Assembly (NCBI GenBank): GCA_045807905.1
Contig: JBJMGM010000144.1
Location: forward strand, 871-64,870
Length of the DNA stretch: 64,000 bases
Source: Bryobacteraceae bacterium
GTDB lineage: Bacteria > Acidobacteriota > Terriglobia > Bryobacterales > Bryobacteraceae
Reading direction: 5' to 3'
The position numbers and the translations under genes were made by a program. Shown here piece by piece: positions 1 through 8,992 of this stretch (the stretch's first letter is position 1; the number at the start of each line of letters is the position of its first letter). Under the pieces are notes generated by a model. The model was not told the origin of the DNA. It saw nothing but the letters and a program-made list of their open reading frames with translations, and did not search any database.

Positions 1-79
1 GCGGTATCAGGCCTGACCGGTCTAGAAGAATCTTCATGTGCCAAGGTAGGGCCGGTGTGTGCTAGCTATTTACAACCCG

Positions 80-799
80 CTATAAACCCTGTTCCAGTTT
101 CCATAAAATCTGCCGTAACATTCCGAGCCATGTCTGGGCATCCGGACCCCGTAGCCCGAGTCGCCGCACGAGGCGCCTTACTTTCAGCTCGCTTGATTTG
201 GATGTTCGCTCGTTTACATACCCCGAGTGTTCGAGCAATTCCAATAAAAGCGCAGTGATCCGTTCCAGGTCTTCGCCCGTGACCGCATTACCAGACTCGA
301 ACCGGCTCTCGACCGCGCTGGCGTCCCGTCGCAGTTCATAGAGGCAAATCGCAACCGCTTGGCCAAGATTCATCGATCCGTGCTCTTCGCGTGTGGGTAT
401 GCGAAGTAGCCAATGACAGTGGCTCATATCCTCGTTCGAAAGGCCAAACTTTTCAGAGCCGAAGAGTAGGGCAACGGGAGAGGAATCGAACTGTTTCCTT
501 ATGAGGGCGGCGGCGGCTTCTAACCGCTGGAGTGGAACATGCAAATTTCGATGGCCAAGCGCGGTAGTCCCCACAACCAGCGTGCAATCGGCAACAGCAG
601 GCGCGACAGCATCGAATATCTGGGCCTGTTCCAGAATGTGGCGGGCGCGAACAGCCGACCGCGCCTCTTTGAATGCCACGTCGTACGGGTTTACCAAGCG
701 CAGATCAGCGAACCCAAAATTGCTCATCGCCCGAGCTGCGGCGCCGATGTTGAGAGGGTTACGAGGTGAGACGAGAACGATCCGCAGAGGATCGGGCAC
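80..799 (-). CDS. trmJ: SpoU/TrmH-family tRNA 2'-O-methyltransferase, TrmJ-like
   Basis: 239-aa ORF with a GTG start. LRIVLVSPRNPLNIGAAARAM, LLFGSEKFGLSNED and SMNLGQAVAICLYEL reproduce the SpoU knot motifs. Length and C-terminal extension fit TrmJ as I remember it. The start overlaps the speA stop by 1 nt (TAGTG). Confidence 0.8.
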   Translation of the reverse strand: MPDPLRIVLVSPRNPLNIGAAARAMSNFGFADLRLVNPYDVAFKEARSAVRARHILEQAQIFDAVAPAVADCTLVVGTTALGHRNLHVPLQRLEAAAALIRKQFDSSPVALLFGSEKFGLSNEDMSHCHWLLRIPTREEHGSMNLGQAVAICLYELRRDASAVESRFESGNAVTGEDLERITALLLELLEHSGYVNERTSKSSELKVRRLVRRLGLRGPDAQTWLGMLRQILWKLEQGL

Positions 800-2733
800 T
801 ACTGCTCCAGGTACGTGTAGCCGTTCAACCCTTCTTCGTAGAATTTCAGTAGACGCCCCGACTCCTCGTAGCCGATGCGTTGCTCGCGAACTGCTAGCTC
901 CACGTCTTTACGGAACTGATCGAGCAAGGTTTGTGAATTATATTGCACGTATTTCAATACTTCACGCACCGTGTCGCCCTGGACCACCGTTTCGAGCAGA
1001 ACATCCCCTTGCTCATCAAGCGCTACATGCACCGCGTTGGTATCACCGAACAGATTATGCAGGTCTCCGAGTATCTCCTGGTACGCCCCCAAAAGAAACG
1101 CGCCCAGAATGTAAGATCCGTTATTAAACGGATGTAGAGGAAGTGTCTTCTTCACGTCCCGCCGATCGATGAACTGATCCACCTTCCCGTCTGAATCGCA
1201 CGAGATATCGCCTAGCACGGCATGGCGCGTTGGAAGCTCGTTCAGGCGGTGTATCGGCATTATCGGGAAGAGCTGCTTCACAGCCCAGTTGTCGGGCATG
1301 CTCTGGAACAAAGAGAAATTGCAGAAATAAGTATCCGACAACATGCCGTCCAGACCCTCGAGCTCCTCTGGGAAAAATTCGAGTTCTGCGGCGAGCTTCA
1401 AAATTTTCCGGCAAATAGCCCAAAAAAAATTTTCTGCAAAACTGCGCTGCTCGAGCGACAGATAGCCCAGACTGAAAAGGTTCAGCGCGGAGTCGAGCGC
1501 CTGCTGAGCATCATGATAGGTTTCGAGTAAATTCTTCTTATTTATCGAGCGATATGTTTCAAAGAGATCGATAAGGCATTGTTCCGAGTCCTCCGGAACA
1601 CTTGAGGGCAGATCCTCTTGTCCCAGACCGCTGACCCCCAGCACATTGAAAACCAGCACGCTGTGGTAGGCAGCAACGGCTCTCCCGCTTTCCGTGACGA
1701 TGGTGGGATGAGCAACCTCGGCCTCATCGCAGATGCTTTGAATGTGATATACGACGTCACGTGCGTATTCCTCAAGCGTGTAATTCACGCTCGATTCGAA
1801 ATCGGTTTGTGAGCCGTCGTAATCTACTCCCAAGCCGCCGCCCACATCCAGATACTTCAGTCCAGGAGCCAGCTTCTTCAAATCGACATAGATGCGAGCT
1901 GCTTCGATCACTGCAGCCTTGATTTGCCGGATATTTGTGATTTGACTCCCCAGATGGAAGTGAAGCAATTGCACACTGTCTTCCATGCCCCGTTCTTTAA
2001 GGAATTCCACTGCCTTAAGGGCTTCGCTCACCGTGAGCCCAAACTTCGAGCGGTAGCCGCCGGATGATTTCCAGCGACCCGACCCGCGGCTGGCGAGCTT
2101 CACGCGAATTCCGATTGCAGGCTTAACACCAACCTGTTTTGCGTGCTTCGCAATCAGCTCTAACTCCGTGAATTTCTCAACCACCGGAATCATCCGCCGC
2201 CCGATCTTTTTGGCCAGCATGACCATCTCGATGTACTCGTCATCTTTGAAGCCGTTACAAATGATGGGCGTGTCGTTGTCCGCAATTGCGAGTACCGCAA
2301 GGAGCTCAGGCTTCGAACCCGCTTCAAGCCCAAAATGATATGCCCGGCCAAAGTTGAACACTTCTTCCACAACTTGACGCTGTTGGTTCACCTTGATGGG
2401 GTAAACGCAGCAGTAATCGGCTTGATAGCCGTGCTCGCGAATGGAGACGTCGAAGGCCTGATACATCTCGCGCAGCCGGTGCTTGAGAATATCCGCAAAC
2501 CGGATCAGGATGGGCAGCGATATACCCCGCCATTCGAGGGTGTCTACAAGCTGCTTCAGGTCAATCGACCGGTTCGATTCCTTGGTCGGATGAACGAGGA
2601 GATTCCCATTTTCGGCAACAGAGAAATACCCCTTCCCCCAACTTGCAACGTCGTAAAGCTCGGCTGCGTCGCCGATTGTCCATCGATCAGCCGGCTCCCG
2701 AACTTGAGCGGGGGCAGCGACTTTGGTATTCAA
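799..2733 (-). CDS. speA: biosynthetic arginine decarboxylase
   Basis: 644-aa ORF with a TTG start about 11 nt after AAGGAG. WTIGDAAELYDVASWGKGYF, YPIKVNQQ (PLP-lysine context), HFHLGSQI and GGGLGVDYDG are typical of SpeA-type PLP decarboxylases. Confidence 0.9.
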   Translation of the reverse strand: MNTKVAAPAQVREPADRWTIGDAAELYDVASWGKGYFSVAENGNLLVHPTKESNRSIDLKQLVDTLEWRGISLPILIRFADILKHRLREMYQAFDVSIREHGYQADYCCVYPIKVNQQRQVVEEVFNFGRAYHFGLEAGSKPELLAVLAIADNDTPIICNGFKDDEYIEMVMLAKKIGRRMIPVVEKFTELELIAKHAKQVGVKPAIGIRVKLASRGSGRWKSSGGYRSKFGLTVSEALKAVEFLKERGMEDSVQLLHFHLGSQITNIRQIKAAVIEAARIYVDLKKLAPGLKYLDVGGGLGVDYDGSQTDFESSVNYTLEEYARDVVYHIQSICDEAEVAHPTIVTESGRAVAAYHSVLVFNVLGVSGLGQEDLPSSVPEDSEQCLIDLFETYRSINKKNLLETYHDAQQALDSALNLFSLGYLSLEQRSFAENFFWAICRKILKLAAELEFFPEELEGLDGMLSDTYFCNFSLFQSMPDNWAVKQLFPIMPIHRLNELPTRHAVLGDISCDSDGKVDQFIDRRDVKKTLPLHPFNNGSYILGAFLLGAYQEILGDLHNLFGDTNAVHVALDEQGDVLLETVVQGDTVREVLKYVQYNSQTLLDQFRKDVELAVREQRIGYEESGRLLKFYEEGLNGYTYLEQ

Positions 2734-2873
2734 GTTGGGGAACGCTCCTTAAGGTGGGATTGAAGCTCTAGAAACAGGAAGTAACTAGTCGCGTCCTAAA
2801 CCACAATTAAAACATGGGAAATCGTTTTTCGCCCACAAAAGTTCTGCAATTCTGAGTCTTGACTTTTAGGGCG

Positions 2874-3317
2874 CTAGGTAGGCAGCGTAGCGGTTTCCAT
2901 CCAGAAACTCTTGATGTGCTGCGCCGTCGAGATCAAACCGTCTAACGTATTTGGCTTCTTTAAATATGCGTTCGCATGCGAGTCGTAGGCACGCTTTACA
3001 TCCGACTCGGCTCGGGAGGAAGTCAACACAATTATTGGAATTCGGCAGGTCTGCGGATTGTTCTTGATTCGGGTCAAAACGTCGTGCCCGCTCACCTTGG
3101 GTAGATTCAGGTCCAATAAAATAATGTCCGGCTGCCAGCTTGGCTTCAGTTGAGCAGTGGGAAATATGATCTGGAGGCCCTCGGCACCATCCTTTGCGAC
3201 TTGGATGTGAACGTTGGCGTTCAGTTCGCGGAAAGCTTCTTCGAGTAGGCGCACATCACCCGGATTATCCTCGATCAAAAGGACTTGGATCGTCCTATGT
3301 GCATGGCTGTGAGGCAT
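2874..3317 (-). CDS. single-domain response regulator (CheY-like receiver)
   Basis: Receiver motifs are VLLIEDNPGDVRLL, IILLDLNLPKVSG (phospho-acceptor Asp context), IIVLTSS and NAYLKKP. The ORF track extends to 3431 (TTG). The first ATG (MPHSHAHRT, 3317) gives a normal 147-aa protein, so the start is uncertain. Confidence 0.8.
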   Translation of the reverse strand: MPHSHAHRTIQVLLIEDNPGDVRLLEEAFRELNANVHIQVAKDGAEGLQIIFPTAQLKPSWQPDIILLDLNLPKVSGHDVLTRIKNNPQTCRIPIIVLTSSRAESDVKRAYDSHANAYLKKPNTLDGLISTAQHIKSFWMETATLPT

Positions 3318-3532
3318 GTTTGCCGGGCAGGTAAGTACACTTGCACATACCCAGACGCTAGGTAGACTTTCTTTTCTCTCATAAGGTTGCAGTCGAAGGT
3401 TCGCTTCGAAGTGGCCGTTGAGGTAAGGCAAATCCCAGTACTCTCACCAACCTAGTACCGCACCAGCAGCTAGAGGCAGATTTTCTAAAGCAGATAAGCA
3501 CTTAGGTCGATAGAACTTCTGACGTGCACTCC

Positions 3533-4720
3533 ATGGGAATCCAACAGCCGAAATCAAACGATAGAGCGTCGCATCCCGAAAACTTGGATTTCCTGAACGT
3601 ACCGCTGACTGAGCCGAAGTCATCTTCTACACCTAGCAAGCTGCTGATAGTAGACTCTTCGGATTCGAACCGGTCTGCTATCAGGACGGCGGTGGGTGAA
3701 CTCGACCATCAGCTGCTGGAGGCCGAAACGACCTCGGAAGCGATTTCAGCGATTTCCCTTCATAAGGTTGATCTGGTTCTGATTGATTCGTTCGCGCCTG
3801 AGCTGGGCGGAGCGGAATTCTGCCGCATGCTCAAGAAGGCCAGTGCAACCCAGTTCTTACCCGTATTCGTCATGGCCCCTTCGGACGATGTCGATAATGA
3901 AGTTCGGGCGATTGATGCCGGAGCCGATGAATTTCTGACCCATCCTCTTCGCGCTAGATCGATCCGTGCGCGGATACAGGCGAGCTTGCGGCATAAGGCA
4001 ATGATCGATTCGCTCGATCATTCCGAAACTGTTCTATTCTCGTTGGCGCAGTCCGTAGAAGAGCGAGACCCGGGTCTAGGGCAACACTGCCAGCGTTTAG
4101 CCTTGATGGCGGCCGCAATGGGCGTCGCGATGGGGCTTGGGCCGAGTGAAGTATTGGCCCTGCAGCGTGGGGGCTATCTACATGACGTAGGCAAAGTCGC
4201 GATTCCCGACCATATCCTTTTTAAAGCTGGAAAGCTAAATCCTGAAGAGTGGGACATTATGAAGAGCCATGCAGAGCGAGGCGAGCGCATCTGCAGCAGT
4301 ATGCGGTCACTTGCACCTGTTCTCCCCATTATTCGGCACCATCACGAAAAATGGGATGGCTCGGGTTATCCAGACGGTCTGAAGGGCGAGGAAATTCCGC
4401 TACTTGCCCGCATTCTTCAGCTAGCGGATATATACGACGCGCTGACGACCGCGCGCCCCTATAAACCGGCATTCACGTCAGACGAAGCCATTCAAATTCT
4501 CAAGAGCGAGGCCGAACGGGGCTGGCGAGATCCTGCTCTTGTGGCAATTTTCTCGGATATACTGCCCATGTTCCGGACGCACACGCCGCCCGACATGTCC
4601 AGAATGTCTCTGCACGCCTTGGCGGCATCCATTGAGCGGTATCGAAAAAGTCCTGGCCGTAGCAAGTCCACCAGCGGTTCCCAAGCTCCAGAACCGGTCA
4701 AACAGGTAGTCGGCTTATAA
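3533..4720 (+). CDS. response regulator with HD-GYP domain (putative c-di-GMP phosphodiesterase, RpfG-like)
   Basis: The N-terminal receiver-like domain shows LLIVDSSDSNRSAI, VDLVLIDSFAPELGG and GADEFLTHP. The HD-GYP domain shows GGYLHDVGKVAIP, HHEKWDGSGYPDGL and ADIYDALTTARPYK. The ORF opens at GTG 3524 and the first ATG is at 3533. Confidence 0.85.
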   Translation: MGIQQPKSNDRASHPENLDFLNVPLTEPKSSSTPSKLLIVDSSDSNRSAIRTAVGELDHQLLEAETTSEAISAISLHKVDLVLIDSFAPELGGAEFCRMLKKASATQFLPVFVMAPSDDVDNEVRAIDAGADEFLTHPLRARSIRARIQASLRHKAMIDSLDHSETVLFSLAQSVEERDPGLGQHCQRLALMAAAMGVAMGLGPSEVLALQRGGYLHDVGKVAIPDHILFKAGKLNPEEWDIMKSHAERGERICSSMRSLAPVLPIIRHHHEKWDGSGYPDGLKGEEIPLLARILQLADIYDALTTARPYKPAFTSDEAIQILKSEAERGWRDPALVAIFSDILPMFRTHTPPDMSRMSLHALAASIERYRKSPGRSKSTSGSQAPEPVKQVVGL

Positions 4721-4735
4721 TCGCTGCCAGAAGGC

Positions 4736-5509
4736 ATGCTGCCCCCCGATACTGCGCAGAGTTGTCTCGATTTAACGTCCTTGAAGACTTTGAACGAGGA
4801 AGTGGTCGAGTGCCGGCTATGTCCGCGCCTGGTTCGACACCGGGAAAATATCGGGCGCGTTCAGAAGCGCGCTTATCGCGGGCAGGAATATTGGAGCCGG
4901 CCGTTACCTGGCTTTGGGGACCCGGCAGCGCGGCTCTTGATTCTAGGACTTGCGCCAGCGGCACATGGCGCGAACCGCACCGGCCGCATGTTCACCGGCG
5001 ACCGCTCAGGCGAATTTTTATACCGGGCGCTCTGGGAAACCGGATTCGCCAATCATCCGCAGAGTGTCTCGCGTGACGACGCTTTGTTGCTAAGAGACGC
5101 CTACATCACGGCGCCCGTCCGCTGCGCACCTCCCGATAACAAGCCGAGCCGGGAGGAAATACTCGCATGCCGCCCTTATTTGGTGCGCGAACTTGAACTG
5201 CTGAACAAGCTCTGTGTAGTCGTCGTGCTCGGCGGGATCGCCCTGGACGCATACCTTTCCGTGCTGCAAGACCGCGGACTGATCAAATCGCGCGCGGCAT
5301 TTCGTTTTGCTCACGGAATGTGTTTCGAAACCCATTTGCACGGCCCACTTGTATTGGCGTCGTATCATCCCAGTCAGCAGAATACCTCGACGAAACGGCT
5401 GACAGCCGCCATGTTGCATGAGATCTTCGAGCGTGCGCGCCAACTGCTCGAGCGGCCTAAACAGCAGAAGGTGGTTGGGGTGGATAACTCGGCGGCTGCG
5501 GGTAAGTAA
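4736..5509 (+). CDS. uracil-DNA glycosylase superfamily protein, family 5 (UDGb)-like
   Basis: CRLCPRLVRHRE supplies the Fe-S Cys pair. GLAPAAHGANRTGRMFTGDRSG and ASYHPSQQN are also present. I associate the GLAPAxHGxNRTGR block with family 5 rather than family 4. Confidence 0.7.
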   Translation: MLPPDTAQSCLDLTSLKTLNEEVVECRLCPRLVRHRENIGRVQKRAYRGQEYWSRPLPGFGDPAARLLILGLAPAAHGANRTGRMFTGDRSGEFLYRALWETGFANHPQSVSRDDALLLRDAYITAPVRCAPPDNKPSREEILACRPYLVRELELLNKLCVVVVLGGIALDAYLSVLQDRGLIKSRAAFRFAHGMCFETHLHGPLVLASYHPSQQNTSTKRLTAAMLHEIFERARQLLERPKQQKVVGVDNSAAAGK

Positions 5510-5939
5510 CCGGGCCGGGGTACGCTCCCGCTCGAATGTAGGACTGACCGCCGCTTTCAAATAGTCTCCGGGTTTCCTCATGCAACAGCACCCAGAGGCC
5601 ATAGACGCCGAGAGCCGTTCCGATCGGGATATGGAACAGGTGGAAAACTGAAACTACGATCATCAGAACGCGAGCCCAAGGTTTGAACTTCAGCAATCCC
5701 CAACCACCGATGATGCAGGGCAAAGCGAGCAGTAAAACGAATACCGCGATCCCGACGCCGATGACGGCCAGGATGGGAGCTGCAACCAGGCCGCTGTCAT
5801 CGTTCGACCAGGGACCCGCGGATACTCCGGCAAGACCCGCCAAGCCGCCAAAAACAATAAGCACGAAGACCCCGGCCAGGGCTCCCAGGCAGCCCATGAC
5901 AATGTTCAACACGCCCAGAATTTTGACATGGTCTCGCAT
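5457..5939 (-). CDS. hypothetical 4-TM membrane protein with Pro/Tyr-rich C-terminal tail
   Basis: ATG at 5939 is preceded by a strong GAAGGAG SD. There are four hydrophobic helices (for example ILGVLNIVMGCLGALAGVFVLIVFGG). The tail reads YPGPVTYPQPPSYPPQPP. No family recognised. The ORF-track N-terminal extension to 6011 lacks an SD. Confidence 0.6.
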   Translation of the reverse strand: MRDHVKILGVLNIVMGCLGALAGVFVLIVFGGLAGLAGVSAGPWSNDDSGLVAAPILAVIGVGIAVFVLLLALPCIIGGWGLLKFKPWARVLMIVVSVFHLFHIPIGTALGVYGLWVLLHEETRRLFESGGQSYIRAGAYPGPVTYPQPPSYPPQPPSAV

Positions 5940-6114
5940 ATCGTCTCCTTCACGTCGATGATACGCGAAACGGAGCCAATTTGTTGCATCCGTGGTAGCG
6001 CATTCAGTCACTTAGCCTCGTTTTTAGGAAGCGAACTAGCCTCTCCAGTCAACTTAAAGGTATGTCTGGGTTTTTCTCTATGTATAAGAAAAGAGGTAGA
6101 ATGAGTCCTACAGA

Positions 6115-7719
6115 GTGCGTATCGACGTGTTGACCTCCGTGCTTGGGCTCCTTTTTGCGGGGCCATCAATGGTAGACCAGATGTTCGATGATACGTTCTC
6201 GGGGATTTACCGCCTTTCGTTGTTTGATTGGTCGCTCCTACTGCCGTATTTCGGCATGCTCGCGGTGTTGTCCGTCTACGGCTTGCATCGCTACGAGACT
6301 ATGCGGCGCTACATAAAACATCGCCGGAAACTGCCTCGAAGCGCGCCTCAGAACTTCGCGCAATTGCCAACCGTAACGATCCAGCTACCGCTCTATAACG
6401 AGCGGTTCGTGGTGGCTCGCCTACTCGAAGAAGTAATGAAAGTGGACTACCCGCGCGAATTGCTGCAGATTCAGGTGCTCGATGATTCAACGGACGATAC
6501 CCACGCCTACACTGAGCGGCTATGTAACGCCTACAAAGCTGCTGGACTGACGATCGAGTACCGGCATCGGACCAATCGCCACGGGTTCAAAGCGGGAGCG
6601 CTGCAGGAAGGCTTGTCGACCGCAACCGGGGAACTGATCGCGATCTTCGACGCCGATTTTCTTCCTCCGCCGGACTTCCTCATGCGAACGGTGCACTTTT
6701 TTACCGATCCTGGCGTGGGAGTCGTGCAGACGCGTTGGACGTATTTGAATAAAGAATTCAATCTCCTGACGCAGGTTGAAGCGATGTTGCTCGACGGGCA
6801 CTTCGTGTTAGAACACGGAGCACGCTGCGGCTCTGGCCTCTTCTTCAATTTCAACGGCACAGCGGGAGTTTTGCGTCGGAAGATGATTGATGATGCAGGT
6901 GGCTGGCAGCACGAGACGCTTACGGAAGACTCGGATCTTAGCTATCGGGCGCAACTGAAAGGCTGGCGATTCGTGTATGTTCCCAGCCTGGAATGTCCGT
7001 CGGAACTGCCTATCGACACGTACGGGTTTCAAGTACAGCAGGCGCGCTGGGCAAAAGGCCTCACCCAAGTTGCCAAAAAGCTGCTGCCCCGAATTTTTCG
7101 AGCAGATTTGCCTTTTCGCGTAAAAGCGGAAGCCTTTCTACACCTAACGCCGAATATTTCTTACCCTTTGATGATGGCCGTTTCCATGCTCATGTTGCCC
7201 GTTATGATTGTGCGGTTCTACATGGGTGTGTTCCAGATGGTGGTGCTCGATTTACCGCTCATCGTGGCATCTTTCTGGTCGATTTCGGTGTTCTATGTTT
7301 ATGCTCAAAAGGAGCTCTACCCCAGGGCGTGGTGGAAATCTATCGCCTTTTTGCCCATGCTGATGGCAGCCGGGGTGGCTCTTACGGTCAGCAATTCGAA
7401 GGGCGTGCTGGAAGCTTTGTTCGGCATTCAAACGAGCTTTGCGCGTACAGCCAAATATGCGATCGGCAACGCGAAATCAAACGTCAGGCCTGCCGCTTAC
7501 CGGCGCAGTAGCGGCTTGCTTCCTTACGTCGAGCTGGCAATTGGCTGCTACTTTGTCTATATGATCGACTTTGCAGTCGAATCGCTTAACTTTCTCGCGA
7601 TTCCGTTTCTGCTGCTGTTCGTCTGCGGGTACTTCTGGGCCGGGTTCACCACGCTTTACCAGGAGTATCGTGACCGCCTGCAGTGGCACCGCGCCCGAAA
7701 GCTAGCGGAAGCGCAATAG
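6115..7719 (+). CDS. family 2 glycosyltransferase, processive beta-glycan synthase type (CslA/NodC/BcsA-like)
   Basis: GT2 signatures appear in order: TIQLPLYNE, QVLDDSTD, AIFDADF, TEDSDLS and QVQQARWAKG (QxxRW). There are N-terminal and multiple C-terminal TM helices. The start is ambiguous (GTG 6115, GTG 6127, TTG 6130, ATG 6169). Confidence 0.85.
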   Translation: MRIDVLTSVLGLLFAGPSMVDQMFDDTFSGIYRLSLFDWSLLLPYFGMLAVLSVYGLHRYETMRRYIKHRRKLPRSAPQNFAQLPTVTIQLPLYNERFVVARLLEEVMKVDYPRELLQIQVLDDSTDDTHAYTERLCNAYKAAGLTIEYRHRTNRHGFKAGALQEGLSTATGELIAIFDADFLPPPDFLMRTVHFFTDPGVGVVQTRWTYLNKEFNLLTQVEAMLLDGHFVLEHGARCGSGLFFNFNGTAGVLRRKMIDDAGGWQHETLTEDSDLSYRAQLKGWRFVYVPSLECPSELPIDTYGFQVQQARWAKGLTQVAKKLLPRIFRADLPFRVKAEAFLHLTPNISYPLMMAVSMLMLPVMIVRFYMGVFQMVVLDLPLIVASFWSISVFYVYAQKELYPRAWWKSIAFLPMLMAAGVALTVSNSKGVLEALFGIQTSFARTAKYAIGNAKSNVRPAAYRRSSGLLPYVELAIGCYFVYMIDFAVESLNFLAIPFLLLFVCGYFWAGFTTLYQEYRDRLQWHRARKLAEAQ

Positions 7720-7830
7720 CCTCGGCGCCGTAGTGCGTACGAGCATACGCTGGACTATCCCAGAACCTATTCCTCTAGATCATTCACCGATTATGTAGAA
7801 AATTGAGGCTAGGGCAGCCGAAGAGTTGGT

Positions 7831-8949
7831 ATGAGGCTTTCACACCCGATTGCTCGCCATGCCCTGCTCTTCTCAGGCATCTCGAATGTGGCGCTTTTGT
7901 CCTTCTTCCTTTTGGGTGGCCCGTCTTTTCTTGAGGCGGACCAGATTTTTTCGGTTCAAACGTTAGGAAGTCTTGGCAGCAGTGCGGGGACAGTCAGCGC
8001 GATCAACAGCTCTGGGGCATCGGTCGGGTTTATAACGAATATCCAGGGCAATCAAGTTCCTGTTTCCTTCGACGGCGGGCAGGCAAATCCGCTGAGCGGC
8101 TACGGGCAAGCGAACGGGATCAACTCTTCCGGGACCGTGGTCGGAACGTCATACATAAACAACGTGCCGTACGTAACGGAGTGGTCCAATGGCCAACCCA
8201 CGAATTTGGGAATTTCCGGCTACGGAGTGGCAATCAACAATGCTGGTCAGGTCGGGGGTGGGTACAATACCTCGACGGGATTGTTGCACGCGTTTGTTTG
8301 GACGAACGGAAACTTAGCCGACCTCGGAACTTTGGGTGGGACGTGGAGCTCTGTCAATGGCCTGAACGAGAATGCTCAAGCAGCCGGGACAAGTTCGACC
8401 ACGAGTGGCGTTTTCAACGCCTTCTTTTCGAGCGGTTCCGGGATGACCGGGCTCGGTACATTGGGCGGGGCATATAGCTACGGTATGGCGATCAACAACG
8501 CGGGTGCCGTAGCGGGCAGCGCGCAGACCTCGCGGGGTTTCATGAAAGCTGTGGTATGGAACGCCGGGAAAGCGACAGATCTGGGCACTCTTGGTGGTTC
8601 GCAAAGCTATGCATATGGCGTCAATGGCGGAGGCACGGTCGTCGGCTCTTCGTGGACTGCGGGCAACCTCGCGATGCACGGCTTCGTCGATGCGGGTGGC
8701 GTAATGATCGACCTGAACGAATTGCTTCCGGTGAACTCAGGCTGGACGATCGACGCGGCATATGGCATCAACGATTCCGGCGCAATCGTGGGTACGGGCA
8801 CGTTGAATGGGAAATCCTACGCAGTCGAGTTACTTTCCTCCTCAAACCTTTTGGTCGGAACGCCCGAACCGGCTACGCTCTTGCTAGCGGGCTTGGGATT
8901 ACTCGCGGTCGGCAGTGTTCGGCGATTGAAAAGGGCGCCCGTTTCTTAA
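7831..8949 (+). CDS. HAF-repeat extracellular protein with PEP-CTERM sorting signal
   Basis: A signal peptide is followed by about 7 degenerate repeats of roughly 40 aa (HAFVWTNGNLADLGTLGG, NAFFSSGSGMTGLGTLGG, KAVVWNAGKATDLGTLGG, HGFVDAGGVMIDLN). The C-terminus TPEPATLLLAGLGLLAVGSVRRLKR has the PEP motif, a TM helix and a basic tail. Confidence 0.85.
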   Translation: MRLSHPIARHALLFSGISNVALLSFFLLGGPSFLEADQIFSVQTLGSLGSSAGTVSAINSSGASVGFITNIQGNQVPVSFDGGQANPLSGYGQANGINSSGTVVGTSYINNVPYVTEWSNGQPTNLGISGYGVAINNAGQVGGGYNTSTGLLHAFVWTNGNLADLGTLGGTWSSVNGLNENAQAAGTSSTTSGVFNAFFSSGSGMTGLGTLGGAYSYGMAINNAGAVAGSAQTSRGFMKAVVWNAGKATDLGTLGGSQSYAYGVNGGGTVVGSSWTAGNLAMHGFVDAGGVMIDLNELLPVNSGWTIDAAYGINDSGAIVGTGTLNGKSYAVELLSSSNLLVGTPEPATLLLAGLGLLAVGSVRRLKRAPVS

Positions 8950-8992
8950 CTGAGAAGCAGGCCAACCTCATGCGACTGCAGAAAGCGACGGC

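Noticed and set aside
501-1127. 208-aa plus-strand ORF across the trmJ/speA junction
   Set aside because: It is antisense to both genes, with an Arg/Ala-rich shadow translation.
3661-3671. GGATTCGAACC, the reverse complement of a tRNA T-arm consensus
   Set aside because: The flanks do not form acceptor or T stems. The sequence lies inside the receiver domain coding region (DSSDSNRSA) of the HD-GYP gene, so this is a chance match.
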